A stretch of DNA of 64,000 bases. Source: Pseudomonadota bacterium. GTDB lineage: Bacteria; Pseudomonadota; Gammaproteobacteria; Burkholderiales; Eutrophovitaceae. Below the pieces are notes generated by a model. That model made no database searches and had not been told where the DNA came from. It saw only the letters and a program-made list of their open reading frames with translations. This document shows, piece after piece, positions 1-10,562 of this stretch (position 1 is its first letter; every line of letters begins with the position of its first letter). The stretch lies in NCBI GenBank assembly GCA_027624715.1, contig JAQBTV010000001.1:75752-139751 (forward strand), given 5' to 3'. The position numbers were made by a program, and so were the translations under genes.

Positions 1-202
1 GGGTGTTACGAATTTGAGTTAAATTTGCGGACTGAGAATAGCCTACTTCCATGACTGTCCCTCCCGTAAATTCAACCCCTAGGTTCAACCCCTTAACGGC
101 AAGCGCGACAACTGCAACCACGAACATAGCAATGGAGATCACGTTAAACGCCAACGCATGACGCATAAACGGAATATCTTGACGAATTTTAAAAAACTCC
201 AT
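1..202 (-). CDS. secF: protein translocase subunit SecF (N-terminal part; gene runs off the window start)
   Basis: Minus-strand frame opens with ATG at 202 and translates MEFFKIRQDIPFMRHALAFNVISIAMFVV..GVEFTGGTVMEV, a typical SecF N-terminus. It lies 41 bp downstream of secD. Confidence 0.85.
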   Translation of the reverse strand, partial: MEFFKIRQDIPFMRHALAFNVISIAMFVVAVVALAVKGLNLGVEFTGGTVMEVGYSQSANLTQIRNT

Positions 203-243
203 GACAGCTTTCCCTAATCTGAGTTACTTTTTTGAACGTGACA

Positions 244-2100
244 CTAACTCGTTTTCTTGTACCAATCAGAATCCCCGATCGCAAGACTTTCAATGCGCTT
301 CTTGCGGCCATAAATGAAATTAACGATACCCCTCGATACAAAAACGGCACTAAACATCGACGTCAATATACCAATGCAATGTACAACGGCAAAACCTCGA
401 ATCGGCCCAGTACCGAAAAAGAATAGTGCAATGCCGGCAATAAGCGTCGTAATGTTCGAATCTAAAATAGTGCCCCAAGCCCGCTCATAACCTGCGGTTA
501 TTGCAGCCTGTGGGGTGGTCCCATTCCTAATTTCTTCTCTAATACGCTCATTGATGAGCACATTTGCATCAATGGCCATACCTAAGGTCAGCGCGACCGC
601 GGCGATGCCCGGCAACGTCAATGTCGCTTGCAACATCGATAAAAGTGATACCAAAAGAATAATATTGACGATTAACGCAAAAACCGAGATAACACCAAAG
701 ACAGCATAATAAAAGCCAATAAATATAGCTAACATAGCAAATCCAATCCAGGTTGACTTGAATCCTCGCTCGATATTATCGGCACCAAGGCTAGGACCAA
801 CCGTACGCTCTTCAATAATTTCCATGGGAGCGGCCAAAGCTCCTGCCCTTAATAATAACGCTGTATCGTGTGCCTCAGTTGTCGTCATACTCCCGCTAAT
901 TTGAACACGGCCACCTGGAATCTCTGCGCGCACTACAGGTGCTGTTACAACCTCGGTACTACCTTTCTCTACTAAAACCATCGCAATACGTCGCCCGACA
1001 TTTTCTCGGGTAGTCATCTGAAAAATCGAGGATCCTCTGCCGTCTAAACTCAAATGAACGGCTGGCTCTGATGTCGTATTATCAAACCCAGGTTGTGCAT
1101 CAGAGATTCTATCGCCCGTCAAAATAACTTCTTTCTTCAGTAAATATGGTGTCCCTTCCCGATCAAAGATCAAATCATCACCCGCCGGAACCAGTCCTTC
1201 TTGCGCCGCCTGCAAGCTTGCTGGATCCATTTTATCCTCATCAACCAACCGTACTTCGAGTGTGGCAGTGCGACCTAAGATATCCTTAGCCTTCGCTGTA
1301 TCCTGCACTCCTGGTAATTGGACAACCACACGATCCACTCCCGATTGTTGAACAATCGGCTCCGCAACGCCAAGCTCATTTACACGATTTCTTAAGGTGG
1401 TGATATTTTGCTGTAACGCAAACTCTTGAATTCGCTTTTCAACCTCTGGCTTAATTTGAGCTACGATAACCGCAATATTGGATCGTTCCTCTAACGAATA
1501 AGCTAAGTCAGATGCTTTAATTTCGAGCGTTACAATCGCCTTATCTCTGAGTGATTGGTCCCTAAACTCTATGTCAATTGATGTCTTACCTGCAGAAATC
1601 CTTGAGTATCGAATATTTTCTGACCGCATCACTTGACGCAGGTCCTGCAAGTAGCTCTCTCTCGCTTTTTGTAATGAGGAAGGCATATCAACTTGAAGTA
1701 AAAAATGTACCCCTCCCCTTAGATCGAGCCCGAGATACATAGGGAGAGCATTAAGAGAGTTGAACCATAATGGGGCATTAGGTAGCAGATTTAAAGCAAC
1801 AACATATTCCTTACCCAAATTACTTTGAATCGTATCCTTAGCCTTTAACTGCGCATCGGTATCTTCAAAACGGACTTTCACACCATTTTTATCTAGATAA
1901 GACGCTTGAGCAAAGATACCTGTCTCAGAGAGGAGATCGTCAATCTTTTGCAGCAGCTGCAAGTCAACTTTTACCCCAGACCGTAAAGGGGAGACTTGTA
2001 TAGCGGGCGATTCGCCGAAAAAATTTGGAATTGTATAAACAATACCGACAAGCACAGCCACACCAATGATTAGGTATTTCCAAAGAGGATATCTATTCAT
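244..2100 (-). CDS. secD: protein translocase subunit SecD
   Basis: 618-aa ORF with N-terminal TM (MNRYPLWKYLIIGVAVLV), a large periplasmic domain and a C-terminal six-TM SecD/F bundle. Synteny is yajC-secD-secF. Confidence 0.95.
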   Translation of the reverse strand: MNRYPLWKYLIIGVAVLVGIVYTIPNFFGESPAIQVSPLRSGVKVDLQLLQKIDDLLSETGIFAQASYLDKNGVKVRFEDTDAQLKAKDTIQSNLGKEYVVALNLLPNAPLWFNSLNALPMYLGLDLRGGVHFLLQVDMPSSLQKARESYLQDLRQVMRSENIRYSRISAGKTSIDIEFRDQSLRDKAIVTLEIKASDLAYSLEERSNIAVIVAQIKPEVEKRIQEFALQQNITTLRNRVNELGVAEPIVQQSGVDRVVVQLPGVQDTAKAKDILGRTATLEVRLVDEDKMDPASLQAAQEGLVPAGDDLIFDREGTPYLLKKEVILTGDRISDAQPGFDNTTSEPAVHLSLDGRGSSIFQMTTRENVGRRIAMVLVEKGSTEVVTAPVVRAEIPGGRVQISGSMTTTEAHDTALLLRAGALAAPMEIIEERTVGPSLGADNIERGFKSTWIGFAMLAIFIGFYYAVFGVISVFALIVNIILLVSLLSMLQATLTLPGIAAVALTLGMAIDANVLINERIREEIRNGTTPQAAITAGYERAWGTILDSNITTLIAGIALFFFGTGPIRGFAVVHCIGILTSMFSAVFVSRGIVNFIYGRKKRIESLAIGDSDWYKKTS

Positions 2101-2153
2101 AATTCTGCTATTTCTTTATCAATTGTCTTAACATCAAAAACAATAATAGATGA

Positions 2154-2486
2154 TTAGTTAGTCGCCGATTTCAAAGTACCTTTAGGCAATACCGTTTGAA
2201 CAGCCGGTTTCTGAATGACAATTTCAGTACCTGAGGTAATCTCAAGCTTTACAAACTGGTCTCCGACATAGGTAACCTTACCTAAGACACCACCACCAGC
2301 TACAACTTCATCCCCTTCCGCAAGGGCATCCAACATCCTTTTATGCTCTTTTTGCTTTTTAGCCTGAGGACGGATCATCAAAAAATACAAAAGTACAAAT
2401 AAGAGGACTAGAGGCAACATCCCCATAATATCCATTCCTCCGGCCGAACCACCTGAGGTTTGGGCAAATGCTGTTGATACAAACAT
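2154..2486 (-). CDS. yajC: preprotein translocase subunit YajC
   Basis: 110 aa with a single TM followed by the RPQ.KK.KEH motif (LMIRPQAKKQKEHKRMLDAL). Positioned between tgt and secD. Confidence 0.9.
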   Translation of the reverse strand: MFVSTAFAQTSGGSAGGMDIMGMLPLVLLFVLLYFLMIRPQAKKQKEHKRMLDALAEGDEVVAGGGVLGKVTYVGDQFVKLEITSGTEIVIQKPAVQTVLPKGTLKSATN

Positions 2487-2604
2487 ACTCTTTCTCCTTC
2501 ATTCTAAAGATGACATTGATGCCAAATTTCATGAATGCCACCTGATATCCAAATAACCGCGCTATTCTAACAGCAGCACGCTATTTTCGCGACGCAAAGG
2601 GTCG

Positions 2605-3714
<1,110 letters not shown>

Positions 3715-3739
3715 CTAAGTATCCATCGAAGACGCAGCA

Positions 3740-4756
3740 TCATCTAACTAACAACATCGCATCGCCATAACTGAAAAATCTATATTTTTCGTCAATTGCA
3801 TGTTGGTAAGCCCGTCTCATCTTATCGGTACCCATAAAGGCGGAAACCAACATAAACAATGTCGATTTGGGCAAATGAAAGTTAGTAATTAAACAATCTA
3901 CAACTTTAAATGCATACCCGGGAGTGATAAATAAATTCGTTGAACCTTCCCCCACCCTTAGCTCACCCTCGTTACAAACACTTTCCAAAACACGAAGACT
4001 CGTTGTGCCCACAGCACAAACTCGTCCTCCTTTTGCTTTGGTTTCAGAGACGTGAGCCGCCGCATCTGATGGAAAAAAATAACGCTCGGAATGCATGTTG
4101 TGGTCTAACACATTTTCCACAGCAACAGGCTTAAAAGTACCCACACCAACATGGAGAGTCAGATAAGTCATTTTTATATTTTTTTGAGCTAGTTTTTCCA
4201 ACATATCTTGGTCAAAATGCAGTCCAGCCGTGGGTGCGGCGACCGCGCCTGGATTCTTCGCGTAAACAGTTTGATACCGATCTAAGTCTGATTCATCAGG
4301 TTGACGACGTATATATGGGGGCAGGGGTATATCACCATGCCGAGCCAAACAGTCATATATATCTATTGAGGACTCCAATTCAAATACCCCATCAAAAAAG
4401 CTGATAACGGTAAAGATCGTATCGCTAGCAATATGAATATTCTGTCCAATCTTGGGTCGCCGACTGGCTCGAATTAGACATTTAAATCGGGTTGAAGACA
4501 AAATTTGGTCAATCATGACCTCAACTTCCCCACCAGTGTCTTTGGCTCCTTTTAAACGAGCCCTCATAACCCTCGTATCATTAAAAACTAGTAAATCATC
4601 CTCTGTTAAAAAATCAATAAGGTCAACAAAGTGCGCATCATCAAAAGTTTCTTTGCTCTCTGTGGACACTAACAACCGGCTAAGGCTGCGAGACGCAAGA
4701 GGTTCCTGAGCAATCAGCTCATCGGGTAAATTAAAATTAAATTGCGAAATATGCAT
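3740..4756 (-). CDS. queA: S-adenosylmethionine:tRNA ribosyltransferase-isomerase
   Basis: 338 aa with a QueA-typical N-terminus (FNFNLPDELIAQEP) and PLPPYI and TAGLHF motifs. Adjacent to tgt. Confidence 0.95.
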   Translation of the reverse strand: MHISQFNFNLPDELIAQEPLASRSLSRLLVSTESKETFDDAHFVDLIDFLTEDDLLVFNDTRVMRARLKGAKDTGGEVEVMIDQILSSTRFKCLIRASRRPKIGQNIHIASDTIFTVISFFDGVFELESSIDIYDCLARHGDIPLPPYIRRQPDESDLDRYQTVYAKNPGAVAAPTAGLHFDQDMLEKLAQKNIKMTYLTLHVGVGTFKPVAVENVLDHNMHSERYFFPSDAAAHVSETKAKGGRVCAVGTTSLRVLESVCNEGELRVGEGSTNLFITPGYAFKVVDCLITNFHLPKSTLFMLVSAFMGTDKMRRAYQHAIDEKYRFFSYGDAMLLVR

Positions 4757-4828
4757 TCAGGCATTGTATCGCTGATTAACATGTCGCTCTAATTCTGCAA
4801 TCCAGTAAAATAGAGTCTATAGGCCTCC

Positions 4829-4857
4829 TTGATGGCAGCTCAAACTTCAGGGATAAT
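4829..4857 (+). promoter_or_regulatory. sigma70-like promoter for tRNA-Leu
   Basis: TTGATG (4829-4834), 17-nt spacer, GATAAT (4852-4857), ending 10 nt before the first tRNA base. Confidence 0.45.
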
Positions 4858-4867
4858 CCTCGCTGTT

Positions 4868-4954
4868 GCCGGGATGGCGGAATTGGTAGACGCAGCGGAC
4901 TCAAAATCCGCCGGTGGAAACGCTGTGGGGGTTCGATTCCCCCTCCCGGCACCA
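4868..4954 (+). tRNA. tRNA-Leu (anticodon CAA), CCA encoded
   Basis: Cloverleaf read by hand. Acceptor GCCGGGA/TCCCGGC, anticodon stem GCGGA/TCCGC with loop CTCAAAA, long variable arm, T-arm GGGGG-TTCGATT-CCCCC, discriminator A plus CCA. Confidence 0.9.
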
Positions 4955-5043
4955 AAGGTGTCTCAATACTTAAGTCTTTACGCTTAAAAAACTAACGTAA
5001 CAAATTGAGCAGCATCACTTACGTATGCTCTAATCTGAACCAC

Positions 5044-5436
5044 ATGAAAAATATTCTGTACCGACGTGATGTTGATGGACTTAGGACACTCGCAGTTACT
5101 TTCGTGGTTTTTTTTCACTTGTCTCCAAACGCATTTATTGGGGCAGACATATTCTTCGTGATCTCAGGTTTCCTGATTATAAATATCATAAAAAGCAACC
5201 TAGACAGAAAGTCATTTTCGCTAATCGACTCTTATATAGAACGAATTAGAAGACTCTTCCCAGCGCCACCTTTTAAGATGACTAGCTGTTACATTTTTGG
5301 CTGGTTCAGAATAGGGTCTAGGGATTACGAGCACTTATGCAAACACATCGCCGCCGAATCCAGGTTTATCTTTAACTTTTGTTTAACAGTCGGGGTCGCC
5401 AACTGTCTGCAAACACGAAAAAGTATGTCCCGATGA
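5044..5436 (+). pseudogene. acyltransferase-3 family gene, 5' stump only
   Basis: N-terminus MKNILYRRDVDGLRTLAVTFVVFFHL..DIFFVISGFLI..RRLFPA matches the first TM helices of acyltransferase-3 enzymes, which are normally 350-650 aa. Homology ends near residue 125 and the next gene starts 100 bp later. Confidence 0.6.
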
Positions 5437-5535
5437 CTTACGATACTCTACATATGACCTATCCAGGGTCAAAAATATTTGTTGAAAAATCAATGTCCAT
5501 GAGCAGTTTCCGCTAACTTATTAATTCACAATGAA

Positions 5536-6516
5536 ATGAAAGTACTAATCAGAGAGCAAGATAAAGAAACGCGCTTAAGTCACCTACCTTCAATGTTAAG
5601 TTCAGCCTGGTCAATCGAAGCGATCAATCATATTGAATCTGATCTATGGTTTGCGCAACTCCAAACAGCCGATGCAGTCATTTCGATGCAATGGACTGAC
5701 CCTAACATTCCTTGCAATAATTTAAAACTACTCCAATTACCTGGAGCGGGACTTGATGGCCTAGATTTCCGGACGATTCCCGCACACACATCAGTATGCA
5801 ATGTCTTTGAACATGAAATACCCATCGCGGAATTCGTTATCGCTGCAATATTACAATGGGTGACTCACATCAACACATTAGACCGCAACATGCGAAAAAA
5901 TAATTGGTCTGGATCTTCTCTATTTGGACCGACGCATGAAGAACTCTGCGGTAAAACTATTGGCATTATAGGTTATGGGCATATTGGAAGAGAAGTTGCC
6001 AAGCGTATAAAGCCCTTTGGCGTCCACGTGATTGGGTGCGGACCGAGAAAACCAGTATCAGGAGAAAAGCCAGATACCTTCTACCTAATTGATCATCTTG
6101 ATACCGTTCTAGGGCTATGTGATTTTATTCTGATATCAACGCCACTAACAGAAGAAACTGAAGGGTTGATTTCAAAATCAGAATTCAAAAAAATGAAAAA
6201 AACAGCCGTTATCATTAATGTGGCCAGAGGTTCTATTATTAACGAGGGTGCTCTCTATCAAGCCTGTAAAGAAAAGCAGATTGGTGGCGCAGTGATTGAC
6301 ACGTGGTATCAGTACCCAGACAACATTTCAGAACAGATACCACCCTCTCGCTTTAACTTCAATGAGCTCGATAACGTCATCATGTCGCCTCATGCATCCG
6401 CCTGGACCAATTCACTCATCTATCGCAGAACAAAATTCATTGCAGAAAATTTAAATCGCCTAGCGAGAGGGGAGCCATTACTTAATATCGTCAAACATTC
6501 AGATAAAATAAAATAA
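5536..6516 (+). CDS. D-isomer-specific 2-hydroxyacid dehydrogenase family, NAD-binding
   Basis: 326 aa with Rossmann motif GKTIGIIGYGHIGREVA and a catalytic region with ARG..I and SPHAS (His). Confidence 0.85.
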   Translation: MKVLIREQDKETRLSHLPSMLSSAWSIEAINHIESDLWFAQLQTADAVISMQWTDPNIPCNNLKLLQLPGAGLDGLDFRTIPAHTSVCNVFEHEIPIAEFVIAAILQWVTHINTLDRNMRKNNWSGSSLFGPTHEELCGKTIGIIGYGHIGREVAKRIKPFGVHVIGCGPRKPVSGEKPDTFYLIDHLDTVLGLCDFILISTPLTEETEGLISKSEFKKMKKTAVIINVARGSIINEGALYQACKEKQIGGAVIDTWYQYPDNISEQIPPSRFNFNELDNVIMSPHASAWTNSLIYRRTKFIAENLNRLARGEPLLNIVKHSDKIK

Positions 6517-6542
6517 AATCAACAAAAATTTCTGGGGATCCG

Positions 6543-7328
6543 ATGCATCATGAACTAATGAATAAAGCTGCTAAGATCTTGTGGGATGCCTGGAGCGCTG
6601 GACATGCCATTTCAGGACTACCACAAGAATGCCGTCCAACTAACCGACAATCCGCCTATGAAATTCAGAAACGTATAGCTGACCTCTCACAATCGGCGCA
6701 AATTGGGTGGAAAATTGCCGCAACAAGTGAGAACGGACAGAGGCACATTGGGGTATCAGGCCCGCTTGCGGGCCGTCTGCTAGCCGATCGATCAAAAGTC
6801 TCAGGCGATAACTTGACACTTGGCGCCAACCTAATGGCAGTCGCTGAAGCAGAATACTGCTTTCGATTAGGTAGTGATTTACCACCTAGAGAGGCAGACT
6901 ACTCGGTGGAGGAAGTCTTGACTGCAATGGATACACTGCATCCAGCAATAGAAATTCCAGATTCTAGATACCTCGATTTCATCACTGCAGGTGAAGCACA
7001 ACTCATTGCCGATAATGCTTGTGCAAGCTGGTTTGTTTTAGGGCCACCGACCACTTCAGATTGGAGAAATATCGAACTTCGAGATCATAAAGTGCAGGCA
7101 CTCGTGAACGGTATAGTTGTGGCAGAAGGTTTAGGCAGTAACGTTCTCGGTGATCCTCGTGTTGCGCTTACATGGATTGCCAACGAACTGAGTCATGAAG
7201 GAATCGGATTGAAGTCTGGTGAAGTCATCACAACAGGCACCTGCGTGTTACCTTTTAAAATTACGCCAGGCGATTACATTAGGTTGGACTTCCGACAAAT
7301 CGGACAAGTTTGCATTACACTGAATTAA
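6543..7328 (+). CDS. 2-keto-4-pentenoate / 2-oxohept-4-enedioate hydratase family (FAH fold)
   Basis: 261 aa, MhpD/HpaH-like layout ([21 protein letters not shown]). Confidence 0.75.
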   Translation: MHHELMNKAAKILWDAWSAGHAISGLPQECRPTNRQSAYEIQKRIADLSQSAQIGWKIAATSENGQRHIGVSGPLAGRLLADRSKVSGDNLTLGANLMAVAEAEYCFRLGSDLPPREADYSVEEVLTAMDTLHPAIEIPDSRYLDFITAGEAQLIADNACASWFVLGPPTTSDWRNIELRDHKVQALVNGIVVAEGLGSNVLGDPRVALTWIANELSHEGIGLKSGEVITTGTCVLPFKITPGDYIRLDFRQIGQVCITLN

Positions 7329-7365
7329 ATACGATAAACACACGTTTCAACTAGAGAGTAAACCG

Positions 7366-8541
7366 ATGGCTTCATTCGACTGGCAAGATCCTTTCCGACT
7401 CAATGATCAACTAGAGGATGACGAGCGACTCATAGCCGGTAGTGCTCGGGAATTTTGCATGAAACAACTCTCACCTAGAATTATCGAGGCTAATCGAAAT
7501 GAAAGCTTTGACCGATCTATTTTTGATGAAATGGGTGAGATGGGCTTTTTGGGGTCTACCATAACTGGCTATGGATGCGCTGGTGTTAACCACGTATCCT
7601 ATGGACTGATCGCTAGAGAAATCGAACGCATCGACTCTGGCTATAGATCTATGATGAGCGTTCAATCCAGTCTGGTGATGTATCCAATATTCACCTACGG
7701 TAGCGAGGAGCAGCGCCAAAAATATCTACCGGACCTAGCTTCTGGAAAGAAGATTGGGTGTTTCGGATTGACTGAACCCGATTATGGCTCTGATGCTGGG
7801 GGCATGACCACGCGAGCGACTAAAGCACCCGGAGGCTGGAAGCTTCATGGTGCAAAAATGTGGATCACCAATTCGCCTGTTGCAGATGTTCTGATTGTTT
7901 GGGCTAAAGATGATTCTGGAACTATCCGTGGATTCATCTTAGAGCGCGGCATGACAGGGCTCGACACACCCAAGATCTCCGGGAAATTCAGTCTCCGCGC
8001 ATCAATCACTGGAGAAATCGTGATGGACGATGTCTTTGTGCCTGACGAAAATCTATTACCCAATGTGAAAGGGTTAACAGGTCCATTTGGCTGTTTGAAT
8101 AAAGCAAGATACGGTATTGCTTGGGGAGCCCTAGGCGCCGCTGAATATTGTTGGATGGCAGCAAGGGAATATACTTTAAATCGGAAACAATTTGGCCGGC
8201 CTTTAGCAGCGACTCAGCTTGTTCAGAAAAAACTCGCGGATATGCAGACAGAGATCAGCATCGGGCTACAAGCCACATTACGAGTTGGTCGACTGCTAGA
8301 TCGGGATGAGGCCGCGCCAGAATTGATATCACTCATCAAACGAAATTCGTGCGGCAAAGCCTTAGATATCGCTCGCGCCTCTCGAGACATGCATGGTGGG
8401 AATGGCATCTCAGACGAATACCAAGTGATCCGACATGTAATGAACTTAGAAGCTGTGAATACCTATGAGGGTACCCACGACGTACATGCACTGATTCTTG
8501 GGCGCGCCCAAACAGGGATTCAGGCGTTTACCGGTGCCTAA
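7366..8541 (+). CDS. gcdH: glutaryl-CoA dehydrogenase
   Basis: 391 aa. N-terminus [19 protein letters not shown] is typical of GcdH. Also [14 protein letters not shown] and the C-terminal [14 protein letters not shown] motif. Confidence 0.85.
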   Translation: MASFDWQDPFRLNDQLEDDERLIAGSAREFCMKQLSPRIIEANRNESFDRSIFDEMGEMGFLGSTITGYGCAGVNHVSYGLIAREIERIDSGYRSMMSVQSSLVMYPIFTYGSEEQRQKYLPDLASGKKIGCFGLTEPDYGSDAGGMTTRATKAPGGWKLHGAKMWITNSPVADVLIVWAKDDSGTIRGFILERGMTGLDTPKISGKFSLRASITGEIVMDDVFVPDENLLPNVKGLTGPFGCLNKARYGIAWGALGAAEYCWMAAREYTLNRKQFGRPLAATQLVQKKLADMQTEISIGLQATLRVGRLLDRDEAAPELISLIKRNSCGKALDIARASRDMHGGNGISDEYQVIRHVMNLEAVNTYEGTHDVHALILGRAQTGIQAFTGA

Positions 8542-8584
8542 CGACTAAAGGGAATGCAAAGGCGCCGTAAGCCCACGCTACGCG

Positions 8585-9340
8585 CTAGACGCAACGTCCC
8601 CCATCAACCTCAATACAAGCCCCAGTGATGAAATCAGCCTCATCAGAAGCTAAATATAAGCACGCATTGGCAATATCACGAGGCTGACTGAAACGTCCCA
8701 GTGGAATCACAGCGGCAAATTTTGCTCGAATCTCCGGCGTATCCTCACCCATAAATTTAGCCAGCAGGGGTGTGTCGCCGGCAACGGGGTTTACCACGTT
8801 AACTCGAATCTTATCGGGCGCTAATTCCACAGCCATCGCCTGACTAATTATGATCGCTGCAGCCTTGCTCCCGCTATACCAAACCAAACCGGGTCTAGGT
8901 CTAATCCCGGCAGTCGAAGCTATCGTTACAAAATTACCACCGCCTTGCTTTCTAAAGTAAGGAACTAAATTCTTTGCAGAATAAAAAATTCCTTTAACAT
9001 TGACGTCATACACTAGATCAAATTCCTCATCTGTCACGTCAAGCATCGATTTATTTCGATGCGTCGTTCCCGCGTTATTAATGACGATATCAAGTTTCCT
9101 AAAGTTATCAAGAGAACAGCTCAGCAGTTCAGCCCAATCGGAACTACTCGCAACGTTGCCTCTACAAAAAACTGCTTCTCCACCAGACTCTTTAATAGCC
9201 TGAGCTACTCGCTCACCGCCCTCAACGTTAATATCGTTAACAATTACGCGGCAGCCCTCTTGAGAAAATCGCATTGCTATTCCTTCGCCAAACCCAGATC
9301 CACCACCCGTGACAATAGCGACTTTTTTCTCTAATCTCAT
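8585..9340 (-). CDS. SDR-family oxidoreductase (FabG / glucose 1-dehydrogenase-like)
   Basis: 251 aa with TGGGSGFG cofactor loop, NNAG and catalytic YSGSK. Confidence 0.85.
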   Translation of the reverse strand: MRLEKKVAIVTGGGSGFGEGIAMRFSQEGCRVIVNDINVEGGERVAQAIKESGGEAVFCRGNVASSSDWAELLSCSLDNFRKLDIVINNAGTTHRNKSMLDVTDEEFDLVYDVNVKGIFYSAKNLVPYFRKQGGGNFVTIASTAGIRPRPGLVWYSGSKAAAIIISQAMAVELAPDKIRVNVVNPVAGDTPLLAKFMGEDTPEIRAKFAAVIPLGRFSQPRDIANACLYLASDEADFITGACIEVDGGRCV

Positions 9341-9402
9341 TCAAAACTCCTTAGTACTAAACATATAGAAAACAATTTAACGGGACCGTTTAATTTATAA
9401 GA

Positions 9403-10416
9403 TCAAACAGCACAAACTGTCGAGGTTGCGTCCTCAGTAAGCTCTTTGCCAGCATCAAAACCAATAGAATCCAAAGTAACTCCGTTACGAACAGCCGTTA
9501 TCTCAGCAAGGATTGAGACCGCTATTTCAGGAGGCGTCTTACTGCCTATTCTCAAACCTACTGGCCCATGCAACCGGTCAATTTCAGACGAATCTAAATC
9601 AAAAAGAAGTAAACGCTCTCGGCGATTTTTACTGTTCAAACGAGACCCAAGAGCACCCACATAAAATGAAGAGGACTTTAAAGCCTCCATCAACGCTAAA
9701 TCGTCCAACTTAGGATCATGCGTCACAGCGACCACTGCCGAGTGAGCATCTAATTTTAACGCCACTACTAAGTCGTCAGGCATCTCACGGGAAAGGACCG
9801 TTCCCGGTACTGACCAAGTGTCTGCATATTCAGATCTTGGGTCACAAACAATCACATGGTAATCAAGCGCCTTCGCCATTTGCGCAACATAGGTCGATAG
9901 CTGCCCAGCACCAATAATGATGAGCCTCCAACGCGGACCGTAAACACAACGAAGCACCTCCCCATCAAAGGAGATTTCGTCATTTGATGACGCATCCTCT
10001 AAACTGACTTTACCTGTCGCAATTACCACAGAACGACATACGAGTTGGTGTTGTTCGATCCGCGTAAGCAGCTCTCGAAAACACTTATCGTCGCTAATTT
10101 TTTCAAGAACGACCTGTAATGTTCCCCCACAAGGAAGACCAAATCGATTCGCTTCTTCTTTACTGATTCCATAAGTAACAACAGTAGGATTATCTACCTC
10201 GAGGGACTGATCTCTAACTTTATTGATCATGTCGTCCTCAATACACCCGCCTGAGATCGAGCCAGACACAAGTCCATCGTCACGAATTGCTAACATAGCT
10301 CCTGGAGGTCTGGGTGATGAGCCCCATGTTTGAACTATCGTGCCTAAAATAACATCGTGGCCTGCCGTGCGCCATTCGAGGCTCGTTTTAAGTACTTGTA
10401 GGTCTACACTATCCAT
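9403..10416 (-). CDS. XdhC/CoxI-family molybdoenzyme maturation factor
   Basis: 337 aa with an N-terminal XdhC_CoxI domain and a Rossmann part (LIIIGAGQLS). Lies next to the molybdopterin oxidoreductase genes. Confidence 0.8.
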   Translation of the reverse strand: MDSVDLQVLKTSLEWRTAGHDVILGTIVQTWGSSPRPPGAMLAIRDDGLVSGSISGGCIEDDMINKVRDQSLEVDNPTVVTYGISKEEANRFGLPCGGTLQVVLEKISDDKCFRELLTRIEQHQLVCRSVVIATGKVSLEDASSNDEISFDGEVLRCVYGPRWRLIIIGAGQLSTYVAQMAKALDYHVIVCDPRSEYADTWSVPGTVLSREMPDDLVVALKLDAHSAVVAVTHDPKLDDLALMEALKSSSFYVGALGSRLNSKNRRERLLLFDLDSSEIDRLHGPVGLRIGSKTPPEIAVSILAEITAVRNGVTLDSIGFDAGKELTEDATSTVCAV

Positions 10417-10480
10417 TTATTTATCAATTTCTTATCTCGTTAATATCATCTGTTACAGATCACTATGGACTGCGAACTAT

Positions 10481-10510
10481 AAAAAAACCCCCAGTATTTA
10501 CTGGGGGTTT
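10481..10510 (-). terminator. rho-independent terminator after iorB-like gene
   Basis: Perfect 8-bp stem CCCCCAGT/ACTGGGGG (10488-10495 and 10500-10507) with a 4-nt loop. It is followed on the minus strand by a run of seven T (10487-10481). Confidence 0.75.
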
Positions 10511-10562
10511 CAGATATTCTCGGATCCAGAAAATTAATTCCAGATCCGATTGCAGGATCACA

